Shown here: in pieces, positions 1 to 8,938 of the stretch | Layout of the letters: each line of letters opens with the position of its first letter | How positions within the stretch are numbered: position 1 is the stretch's first letter | From: Zygophlyctis sp. KS116 | Lineage: Eukaryota; Fungi; Chytridiomycota | Direction of reading: 5' to 3' | NCBI GenBank assembly: GCA_054661495.1 | Contig: BAAFSQ010000198.1 | Location: 1-18,337, forward strand | DNA: 18,337 nucleotides | Notes under the pieces: generated by a model | What the model saw: the letters and a program-made list of their open reading frames with translations, nothing else | What the model was told of the DNA's origin: nothing | Databases searched by the model: none | Made by a program: the position numbers and the translations under genes

Positions 1-165
1 AGTTATTATCATTGATGTTTGATTAGCTTGCATATTTTGACTTTCCTTGATACTATTAAAGTATCTGATGGCCAGATAAGTGAAGATTCCGACTAGAGTC
101 AACAAACAGAGTCCGATGATTCCAAATTTGATTAATACTGATGTTGAGCTTGAATCCGATTCCAT
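1..165 (-). CDS. 5' end of a hypothetical single-pass membrane protein (runs off the window)
   Basis: ATG at 165-163 opens a frame to the window edge: MESDSSSTSVLIKFGIIGLCLLTLVGIFTYLAIRYFNS..., a clear hydrophobic helix followed by a basic residue. Divergent from TACO1. Confidence 0.55.
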   Translation of the reverse strand, partial: MESDSSSTSVLIKFGIIGLCLLTLVGIFTYLAIRYFNSIKESQNMQANQTSMIIT

Positions 166-318
166 TTATTATTAAGAGAATATTAATAGTGTTTGTATAT
201 ACGGAAATAGTGATCCTATATTTATGCACAAATTCGTGTTCTAACGCGCTGCAGATCTCTTTATAGACTGAAAGAAATCTAAAAATAAACCTAAAATCTA
301 ACCTTTAAGATCTCAAAC

Positions 319-1056
319 ATGTTTAGTAAATTCCAAAAAAGAACTTTTGCAGGACATAACAAATGGTCAAAGATCAAGAGAGATAAAGGCCAGAATGATT
401 CAAACAAGTGCGTCTTGTTTGGTAAAGTTTCATCTCAGATTATATCTGCAATTTCTGCTGGTAACGGAGAAACTGATCCATCTCTAAACTTTTATCTTGC
501 TGCTGCTTTAAATAAGGCTAAACAAATTCAAATGCCCAAATCAAATATTGAACAAGCTCTTTTAAGAGCAAAATCCAAAGATTTCCTGGATACTTTTCAT
601 GTTTTTTATGAAGGATTTGGTCCTGGAGGAGCCGCTATCATTGTAGAAGCATTAACACCTAACCGCAACAAAACATTTAATCTAGTTAGACACCAGTTTA
701 TTGAAAATGGAAGTCTTGGATCTGTATCCTACTTGTTTAAAAGATCTGCATTTATAACCTTATCATGCACTGATTTGGAAAAGGCTTCAAATGATATTAT
801 AGAATCTGGATTTGCTCTAAACTATTCAGAAATCTCTGACTCAGAGTTGGAAGTGGAGACTCTAATTACTGATTCATTTAATTTTATTAATTTCATAAAA
901 CCCCTAGGCTATGCTATTACTTCTACTGATATCAGACATGAACCTATTGAACGTATAAGTATATCCTCTAGTGGTTTGATTCCTCTTCAATCTTTTATTT
1001 CTTGTTTAAAAGAATTGGAGGACGTGGTTGGTGTCTTTCACAATGCACAATTTTAA
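319..1056 (+). CDS. TACO1: YebC/PmpR/TACO1-family protein (mitochondrial translational activator-like), intronless, 245 aa
   Basis: Family motifs AGHNKWSKIK, MPKSNIEQA, YEGFGPGGAAIIVEALT-NRNKT and the C-terminal DV..VFHN. A short N-terminal basic leader MFSKFQKRTF resembles a presequence. Confidence 0.9.
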   Translation: MFSKFQKRTFAGHNKWSKIKRDKGQNDSNKCVLFGKVSSQIISAISAGNGETDPSLNFYLAAALNKAKQIQMPKSNIEQALLRAKSKDFLDTFHVFYEGFGPGGAAIIVEALTPNRNKTFNLVRHQFIENGSLGSVSYLFKRSAFITLSCTDLEKASNDIIESGFALNYSEISDSELEVETLITDSFNFINFIKPLGYAITSTDIRHEPIERISISSSGLIPLQSFISCLKELEDVVGVFHNAQF

Positions 1057-1085
1057 GAAAGTAGTTTAGGCCTAGGAGAAAAAGT

Positions 1086-1092
1086 TTTCGCG
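1086..1092. promoter_or_regulatory. TTTCGCG element (SCB/E2F-like) just upstream of the CCDC57-like ATG
   Basis: TTTTCGCGTTTT lies in the 44-nt TACO1-CCDC57 gap. The same core occurs three times at 5117-5145. Confidence 0.35.
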
Positions 1093-1100
1093 TTTTCAAA

Positions 1101-3138
1101 ATGCTCGCAAAACTCTTGTCCGAAAAGGATTTTGAAATCACTAATTTTGTGAATGATTTAGAGTCTAAATTAAAAGAAAAACAGGAAACATTAAAAAAAG
1201 TTTATGCACAGAAAGACGAATTGGAAAAAGATTTTAGATATAATTTATCGCTTTTAAAAGACAGAGATGAAGAATTATTAGCATTGGAAAATGAATTGTC
1301 ACTCAAAGACGTGGAATTGAAGCTATTACAAGAAGAAAAATTAAAATTAATATCAAAAGCACACGAATCTGAAGAAAAATACAAGGATTTAAAATGTTGT
1401 TTGAAAGAGCAAGAGAATGTCTACTTGGACAAATTTTCCAAAAGTAAGGAAGATGTTGAAAAAACCTTTCTTTCTAGGGATAAAAAAGAACTGGTTTTTG
1501 TAGAAAAAATACAGGAGTTGTCAAATAGATTAAGGGAGAAGGAAGAAGAGCTTTTTCAAGAAATTCAGAAAAATAATTATGAAAAAAAGAAAAATTCAGA
1601 TGTTTGTTTACTAGAAATGATGAAAATTCGTCAAGATTATCAAGAAAAGTTGCAAAGTCTTCAAGATTCTTTGTCAAAAGAAGTAGAAAAGGTCAGGGAA
1701 AAAGAATTTCTGCTGCACGATTTAACTCTTCAAAATGATTTCAAATTTAAAAAAATTCAAAGCTTAGAAGAAGAAATAATAAAATACAAAAATTTAGAAA
1801 AAGAAAACCAGAACACAAGAGAAATATTCCAAGATGAAAAATCAGGATTGGAAAAATTAATCACTAAACTAGAGAAACAAGCTGAAAATTCAAATGAAAT
1901 GTTTCAAAAACAAGAAAAGGATAATTTAAAAAAGATGCAAGAATTAGACGAAATAATCTCAGGATTGTCCGAAAGGAATGAATTCTTAAAAAATGAATTT
2001 AAACAGAAACTCACTTTAATGGAAGAAGAGATAAAGGAAGTTGTATTAGAAAAGCAAGTTGTGAATGTAAAGTTAGAACAAGAAAGGGGAATTAAAGAGG
2101 CTCAAAAAGAGTTCTATTTAAAGAAGCAGGAAGAATTCTTTGGAAATTTAAAGGAGAAGGAAATAGAGTTTAAAGTCTTACAAGGAAAATATACGAATTT
2201 AGAAGATGATTGTAGACAGCAGAGCTTAAAATTGGATAAAATGAAATCATTTGTGCATGAATTAGATAAAGAAAAACTAGAGTTAAGAAAGAAATTTAGT
2301 CTAGGTATTTTGCTAAATTCATTCATATTAAAGAAGGAGAAAAGTATAGCAAGAAAATAAATGAACTTTCAGAAAAGAATTTGATAATAGATAGGCAAAG
2401 AAGAGAAAAGGAGATAGAAATCAACAAATTGACGAGGGATTTTGAAATTTTGGGGAAAGAAAAGGAAGAACTTCTCGAAAATTTCAAACAATTAGAAAAA
2501 TCTCATTCTAACCATGAGCAGAAGTCTGCAAAAGTCCTAGAATTGGAAGCTACGGTAATATTTTACTATACTGAATCTAGAATGAGCAGTTGTCATCTAT
2601 AATTCATCAGATGAGGCTAGATATGGAAAGTTTACAGGAAGAATTCAAACTGTCACAGCAGAATAATGTAACTCCGCAAGAGGTCACACCCAATGATCAT
2701 ATCCTAATGGAAAATAATAAAATGAAAATAGAAATAACGGAGTTGCAATCACGGATAAAGAAGATTACAAATGAGAAAAATAGACTTGTACGTTTTAAGA
2801 TCACTAATAGTAGGTTGATATTAGCAATTCCGTAAGGTCCCATATAAGAAACTGGAAGGAGGCTCAAGAAAACAGACATGAAAGATCAACTCAAAGTAAG
2901 TTCCAGAGGATTAACATTAATAGCAAATATAGTATTAAATTCTTCTGAAATCAAAGATAATAGTGCCGTAAAAAATCCAAGAGTGGTTGCAAGGCAATCG
3001 GACAAGGAAACTTTATCACAAAATAGATCTAGGACAAAACTTACAAAGCTGACTAATAATGAGCATCCTGAAAAGCTTCCAGCTTCTATGCACAATCGGG
3101 CTCTTGGAGTTAGAAATTGGAATGACATACATGATTAA
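1101..3138 (+). CDS. CCDC57: Coiled-coil domain-containing protein 57-like (centriolar), 5 exons, ~642 aa
   Basis: Introns at 2305-2333, 2555-2580, 2788-2813 and 2896-2923 join the ORF fragments in frame. Motifs LEKDFRYNLSLLKDRDEEL, NEQLSSIIHQMRLDME, EKNRLVDISNSVR and C-terminal VRNWNDIHD resemble CCDC57 (DFVYNLQVLEERD; IRNYN). Confidence 0.75.
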
Positions 3139-3158
3139 TCAAAAACTTTTCATTCGCT

Positions 3159-5070
3159 CTAACGACCATCTATAATTTCATTAGTTTGAGCCCTTTTTCT
3201 CTTCAAGTTCGCCGCATCGAGATCAACAGATAAAGCTGGCGAATTTTCTGTTTCGGCTGAAAACAATTCATCTAGACCTTCGTCAATTTCATTTCCTATA
3301 CTATCTGATTCACTATCATCCTCATTCATTGCTTCTTCTACTTCTCTATCCATTTCTAGCAAATCATCGTCAGCTAGATGGGCAAATAAATTATCGGAAG
3401 ATTTAGCTGAAAGGATTTCAAAATCGTGGGCATCTACTTGTTCGACTGTGTTAACAGAATCTCCTCCAACTTGTTCTATACGAATCAATAACTTTTTAGA
3501 GCTTAAATTTTCCTCAAGGATATATTTTTCCTCATCCTGCTTTCTCCATTTTGCCAAACTATCGAAAAGCCATGCAGGCTTAACTATAAATACACCAGGG
3601 ATTTTTTTCGCCTGGTTCAACTTAAGTGTACCTTTCCTATTAGCTACTACATGAGTCACTGATTCATCAACTGTATTAGAAATTTCAGCTCCGAATTCTT
3701 TAGCTTTTTTCCAAATAAATTCCCTAGAATTATAAATTTATGTATCCTACTTTGTTGGATCCACTCCAAGAGGAATAATTCCACTGAACACAATTTTTGT
3801 ATCCTTTAAAACATGATGCTTTAGTTCAGGCAATATTATCCCAACATCTGCACTTACTCCTTTGAGAGAAGAATCATAAAAACGGTAATAAACCTCATTG
3901 AGCATCCACGTTACACGGTCCAACTCTATATCATCGTCTGCTTTCATCGTTCGCGTAACAGATTGATCGCCTACCTGATTACCACCGATTTGTCCAGAAA
4001 CAAGCGTAGTTTCAGAGTTCATAGACATATCAACATCTTTCGTTTCGGAATTTTCTGCATCATCTCCTGGAGCAGAAAGAGGCTTTGGCGCATTTATATC
4101 ACCAATGCCTTCAAAAAAATTGTCTACAAAGTACATACAAAAAAATAATTTACACGCATTTACGTGGACCAGATTGGGAGACCAATCCCAAATATCACTC
4201 CGATCATCCACGACCACCACCATTGATTGATCACAAGGGAAAAGCCGCTTAATTGACTTTATCGAAAAACTCCCTGATTCATCTCTCGACAGAATCCTTT
4301 CCTTGAATAACGCCTGGTCAGGATCAAGAATCTTTGCAATTTCGACAGCATAACTTCTCGTGCCCATAGTATAAATATGCATTTCATACTTTTCATCCAT
4401 CTCCTTCAAAAACTCTCTAGTTCCCGGCCTTATTGTTATCCAAAAGAAATCAGTACCTCAATTTTATATGATATTCCATGGACGAACCTGGTAAGCAAAA
4501 TGTATATATATCTTCCATTTTTGATGTTGGATCACTCATCATTTTTTTAACTTTTAAATCGACTGTCGCATGAATCAATGTTTGATCTAGATCTAATATG
4601 AGCGAAAGCTTTTTCTCTTTTATCAATCTTTCTTTTGTTTCAAGATCAATTCTTTCCGCCTCCTAAATATTACCTAAAAAAATCGTCACCTTCATACTCA
4701 ATGTGATTCCTCGAGCATCATGGGTGATATTAATTGTAGTTTTTTCATCTTGCGATACGTCAGATCCGCAAAGTGCACAAAGGCCATGCAGCTGAACTGA
4801 ATGACTGCAAATTTCCGTATATATTCCTATTGGACTAATCATAATTATTTCTAAAAATTACCTTGAGCTTTCCCATTCTTCGTTGCTAGATATTGCTAAA
4901 CTTAGTAGTTCTCCGCTGAACTCTGATTTTAATTGGAACTGTTCGCCTTTTGAAGAATAAGACCCCAAAAGAGTTCCTTTTTCTATAAATTTTCCTATGC
5001 TTACGTTCCATTTACTCCATTTGATAGGAAAATGGTCGATCGGTATAATTAGTGGCCTATGAGTTATCAT
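3159..5070 (-). CDS. FCP1: RNA polymerase II CTD phosphatase Fcp1/CTDP1, 6 exons, ~590 aa
   Basis: Introns at 4835-4861, 4663-4689, 4429-4456, 4124-4153 and 3724-3750. The spliced protein has CSH..LCALCG, the catalytic LILDLDQTLIHAT, IKLRPG, YTMGTRSYA, RILSRDE, VVDDRSDIW, YNFFEGIGDIN, a BRCT domain (IVFSGIIP...THVVA...W) and an acidic tail. Confidence 0.95.
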
Positions 5071-5116
5071 TTATTATACGGTGTTGCTAAAGTTCGTTTG
5101 GGGGGTACGGTTATGT

Positions 5117-5145
5117 CGCGAAAATGACGCGAAACTAACGCGAAA
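5117..5145. promoter_or_regulatory. Three CGCGAAA motifs at 11-bp spacing upstream of FCP1
   Basis: CGCGAAA at 5117, 5128 and 5139, about 50-75 nt upstream of the FCP1 ATG. It matches the SBF (CRCGAAA) and E2F (TTTSSCG) cores. Confidence 0.55.
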
Positions 5146-5202
5146 AGTGCCACTGATTAGCTTAGATATAATACACTGTCCCTTCAGTTGAACATTATTA
5201 TT

Positions 5203-5472
5203 TTATACTTTTCTAAACGTATCAGTGTTTTTAATAACCAAAATAAATTTAATAATATAAATCTTCTTCAAAATGATCGGCAGTGAATGCATCAGAATCT
5301 AAATTCTAATGCCTAATATTATGCAATGACTAGTTACAGTTGATATCATTGAAATACCAACACTTTAAAGGGATTTTAGAGTATGGGATATCAAAAACCC
5401 CAAAGCTGCATTGCTTTTAAGAGGAAAAAGATTGGATTCGGACAAGTTTAGTCTCACTATTGAGAAGCTGCA
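5203..5472 (-). pseudogene. Decayed, internally deleted duplicate of the LRR-like gene at 6743-8097
   Basis: 5203-5362 aligns to ~6700-6879, with 5295-5349 identical to 6803-6857 including the intron. 5363-5472 aligns to 7894-8004. It carries frameshifting deletions and has lost ~1 kb internally. Confidence 0.85.
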
Positions 5473-5481
5473 TCCATGAAT

Positions 5482-5529
5482 ATACAAGTTTTCTTATCAA
5501 TAAGAATACAAGTTTTCTTATCAATAAGA
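5482..5529 (+). repeat. Perfect 24-nt tandem duplication
   Basis: ATACAAGTTTTCTTATCAATAAGA at 5482-5505 and 5506-5529. Confidence 0.95.
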
Positions 5530-5569
5530 AGTGTGAAATTTGCGAGGATTATTCTTTTCACAAACAAAA

Positions 5570-6578
5570 ATGTCAAAAAAGCTCTGGATTGCACATGATT
5601 CCCCTGCAAAGAGATTTTTTAGCAAAGTCTCTATTCATGGGTGTGAATATGTGGATGATTTTAAATGTATTTGGAAATATCATGCTAACCAAAGTTGCCA
5701 TCAGAAACAATCCAGAACTGGCCATCCCTCAAAATACTCCAATTACTCTCTACAAATCTGATGGTACTACATTAATTGATGTTGGAGACTCCCCTTCTTT
5801 ATTAGTGGAAGGAAATTCTAGAGGAAATCCTCTCATTGTGAAAGTATTTGTTTCGTCATCAGGAACCAGTCTTGAAAGAAAAGCAATGCATCCTAATCGA
5901 GTGAAAAGGCAACAAGCTTTAAACGATGTACTGGACAAAAACAGGCATTCCAAAAAGCGCAAAGGTGCAACAGAAGAAGACGACGTTTCAACTCCTTACT
6001 GCAAAGCCTCTTGGGATGCCGTGAAAGAGATATTTGACGTTGAAAAGAAGTCATATTATGAACCAGTTCTTCCTATCCCTGAAGAAACTTTTTCTTTATT
6101 GTCAAAGTACTTGACTCTGGTGATGAAATGCTATGGGTTGACTTTACTCAGCGGAAATGAAGCGAAACGTTTGCACTTGATTGCCCCTGTTATCATGTGC
6201 GTTGTATCTCTATTACCTGATGTTGTTGTGAAAGTAGAAGAAGACTTAAATGGGGTTAATGTGCATGCTAATGAACATTTTGAATTCATTCTCATCAGAG
6301 GCGCCAAACGAATTTGCATAACTCAAGCCAAAGAAGAACAATTCAAACAAGGAATGGCCGAAAATTTAGTCGGATGTGAAGTCACTGCTGACCTGGATGG
6401 AAGTAATATGGTTTGTGGAATTGTGACAAACTTTTACAAGTGGATATTTGTCAGGAGCAACGATGAAGAAATCTTAGTTGACGAAATTAGTAGTGCCATT
6501 GGATTTGATTCAAATGGTGTTCCAAATCAAGATGGACTGTTGACAGTGGTTGGTAAATTATATTCTCTATTACAATGA
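5570..6578 (+). CDS. Crinkler (CRN)-like effector: ubiquitin-like N-terminal header plus C-terminal PD-(D/E)xK REase-fold domain, 2 exons, ~326 aa
   Basis: ATG at 5570 (MSKKLWIAHD...KVSIHGCEYVDDFK), then a 28-nt intron at 5667-5694 with a GCTAAC branch site, then AIRNNPELAIPQNTPITLY...GNSRGNPLIVKV and an NLS-like HSKKRK. The REase-like segment is GNEAKRLHLIAPV...VEEDLNG...FEF...ICITQAK...QGMA..LVGCEV...GIVTNF..WIF. Confidence 0.8.
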
Positions 6579-6742
6579 AAAGTTGTTGTTTAGTAATATA
6601 TGATATCAATTAGGACTGTTCTAATCTACAATATAGAAGAGGGTTATTACTCATATATTGTTGTTATATATGATACGGTGTTGCGCAAGTTATGTCGACT
6701 TATATTTTTGTAAACGTATTAGTTTTTTAAACCAAAATAGAA

Positions 6743-8097
6743 TTAATAATATAAATTTTCTTCGAAATAGTCGAGGGTATATTGCAGTGAATGCATCAGT
6801 CTGAATCTAAATTCTAATGCCTAATATTATGCAATGACTAGTTACAGTTGATATCATCGACATCATAGAAATACCAACATCCATTAATTGGCCATGATCA
6901 TATATATATAATTTTGATTGTAGATTTGGATCGTGCATTGTACACGCATCAAGCATGTTTAACATAAACTTACCATGTTCTAATAGACAAGAATCATTTG
7001 CGTTCAAGTTCAGTTTTAACAGCTCCACTTTAATTCGAGTAAAATCCTGGGGATCAAAATTTGTATTTGTATCATGAGTTTTAACATCATGATAAATGTA
7101 TGATGATCTTGAATTATAAATGCTTTTCGTTATTAGTTCAAGAGAGCTCTTGATTGATTTTAAACTTTCTAAAGGCAATACATCATTATCTTGTGTTCTT
7201 TCTGACAATCATTATAAATCTTAATTACCTGTAATGCTTGAACTAGAAAGCCTTGCAACCAGTAATGAGCACGCCTTGAGTTTACTCTGAAGATCCCAAT
7301 GTAGTGGTGATGAATTGACCCATGAATGCAGCGATGGCTCAAACAATTCTTCTGTAGTCCCCTGCAATAATTTATTTGGAAATCCAAGAAAAGATCCAAA
7401 TAATAATAATAAAAGAGATGATCTGCTAGATGTCGTATTTTCGATTTGATTATTTGATGATGGTAATGATACAAATAAACTCATACAATCATTAAATGAT
7501 GTTCCCATACTCGAGACAATCTTTGAAAATCTCCACAGATCATGCTCAAATCCCTTTCATTAGCAAAAATTCTAATACCATTGTGAATTGAGGTCCCACT
7601 GCCTTAAATAACGCCTTTGCTCTATTGCTCCAAATAAGTGGCTCGTTTGAAGAGAATTCCGAATGATGTATAAAATGCTTCCTATAAATCTCTGAGAATT
7701 GTCCAGCTCCAAAATCAAAATATTTTGTCCAATGAGATTTCTCGATGCAGTTGATTACACTCCCATTAAAAGACCAAATATCTGAAAGACAATGTTCTAA
7801 GAATCCGCGTGTAATATCCTCATCAAACGTCTCAAAGACATCAAAATAATGAAATTCAAGAATCTGAATTTGACTTATAGAAGATATCAATGCCTCTAAA
7901 GAGATTTTAGAGAATGAGATATCTAAAAACCCCAAAGCTGCAATACTTTTAAGAGGAAAAAGATTAGATTCGGACAAGTTTAATCTCACTAGTGATAAGC
8001 TCCATAATTGAGAGAAATCTGTCTTTATATGAGATAACAATGGAATCTTATTTTGAGAAGAAATCAGCAATACTTCCTTTTCAACTTCGGAATTCAT
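6743..8097 (-). CDS. Hypothetical protein with N-terminal leucine-rich-repeat-like segments, 4 exons, ~425 aa
   Basis: Introns at 7554-7578, 7202-7228 and 6821-6845 give a continuous frame ending ...YFEENLYY* at 6745-6743. LRR-like patterns include LWSLSLVRLNLSE and LGFLDISFSKI. Confidence 0.7.
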
Positions 8098-8102
8098 TTA
8101 CT

Positions 8103-8841
8103 TTATTTGCGATGTATCCTAAATGATTCCGTTAATGACTTTCCACCTTTAACATCTTGCATTACTTTTTCATCTGCAATTGTCTTTTCTAAACATATAT
8201 TAGCCACTTTACTCAATAATTCAATAGGAATACAAACTACACCATGAATATCTGCCAAAATTATATCCCCAGATCGTACAAGTACAGGCCAAAGACTAGA
8301 TTCTGCAATTTCAAAATCATTTCCACAAGATACAACTTTAGCATATCCATTTGCTCCTAAAGTTGAAGTTCCAGTAGAAAAGACTGGAAATCCCTAAATT
8401 TTAATCTAAAAAAGCAAACCATTTCTTGGCATTCTGTTAGATCCCTACAGTTACCATGAATAACAACTCCTTTAGCGCCCAGAAATGAAGCTCTAGCACT
8501 CATTAGCCCTCCCCATACAGCATTAGGAAGATCAGAAGGAACTTTAATCATAACAACCGATCCTTTAGGTATAGAGTCAACTGGATTATCAATCTTTGGC
8601 GATTGATTCCATGGACCCCATTGAATAGTGTATGCCGGACCACATATTTTAGTTGCTTGCCTTTGAATCAATATGACATTAGTTACCCAACTATTCCTGT
8701 CGGATTGGGAGATCTCATACTAATATTTGGCATAAAAGAGTTTATACCCAACGACGTCAGTGCATCAGAAATATCACAGGTAGAGTAAGGACAGAGGATA
8801 TCGGTCTCTTGGGAAGGAATTCTTTTAAGATCCATAGACAT
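8103..8841 (-). CDS. RraA-like / HMG-CHA aldolase family protein, 3 exons, ~228 aa
   Basis: Introns at 8661-8686 and 8394-8419. Motifs YSTCDISDAL, ICGPAYT, NAVWGGLMSARA, GVVIHGNCRD, GFPVF and VRSGDIILADIHGVVCIP. Confidence 0.9.
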
Positions 8842-8938
8842 TTTCGTACAAACTGGCGATCAATGGTAAACAAACGGGAACCTACGCAAACAACCCAACG
8901 GTTCCAGTAAATTTGTACCTGAAAAAGTAAAACAGATT

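Noticed and set aside
319-1056. Intronless YebC gene as bacterial contamination or recent HGT
   Set aside because: The HNKWSKIK variant, the presequence-like leader and a base composition like that of its neighbours fit a nuclear TACO1.
5482-5529. CRISPR-like repeat
   Set aside because: Only two adjacent units, no spacer, and a eukaryotic context.
5460-5666. N-terminal ~70 aa of the 372-aa ORF in the track
   Set aside because: It starts at TTG within the pseudogene remnant. The real CRN header is in another frame from ATG 5570, joined by a 28-nt intron.
8863-8910. ATG 8863 as the start of the kinase gene
   Set aside because: It closes at TAA after 15 codons with no typical-size intron linking it downstream. 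ATG 8939 gives a coherent domain start.
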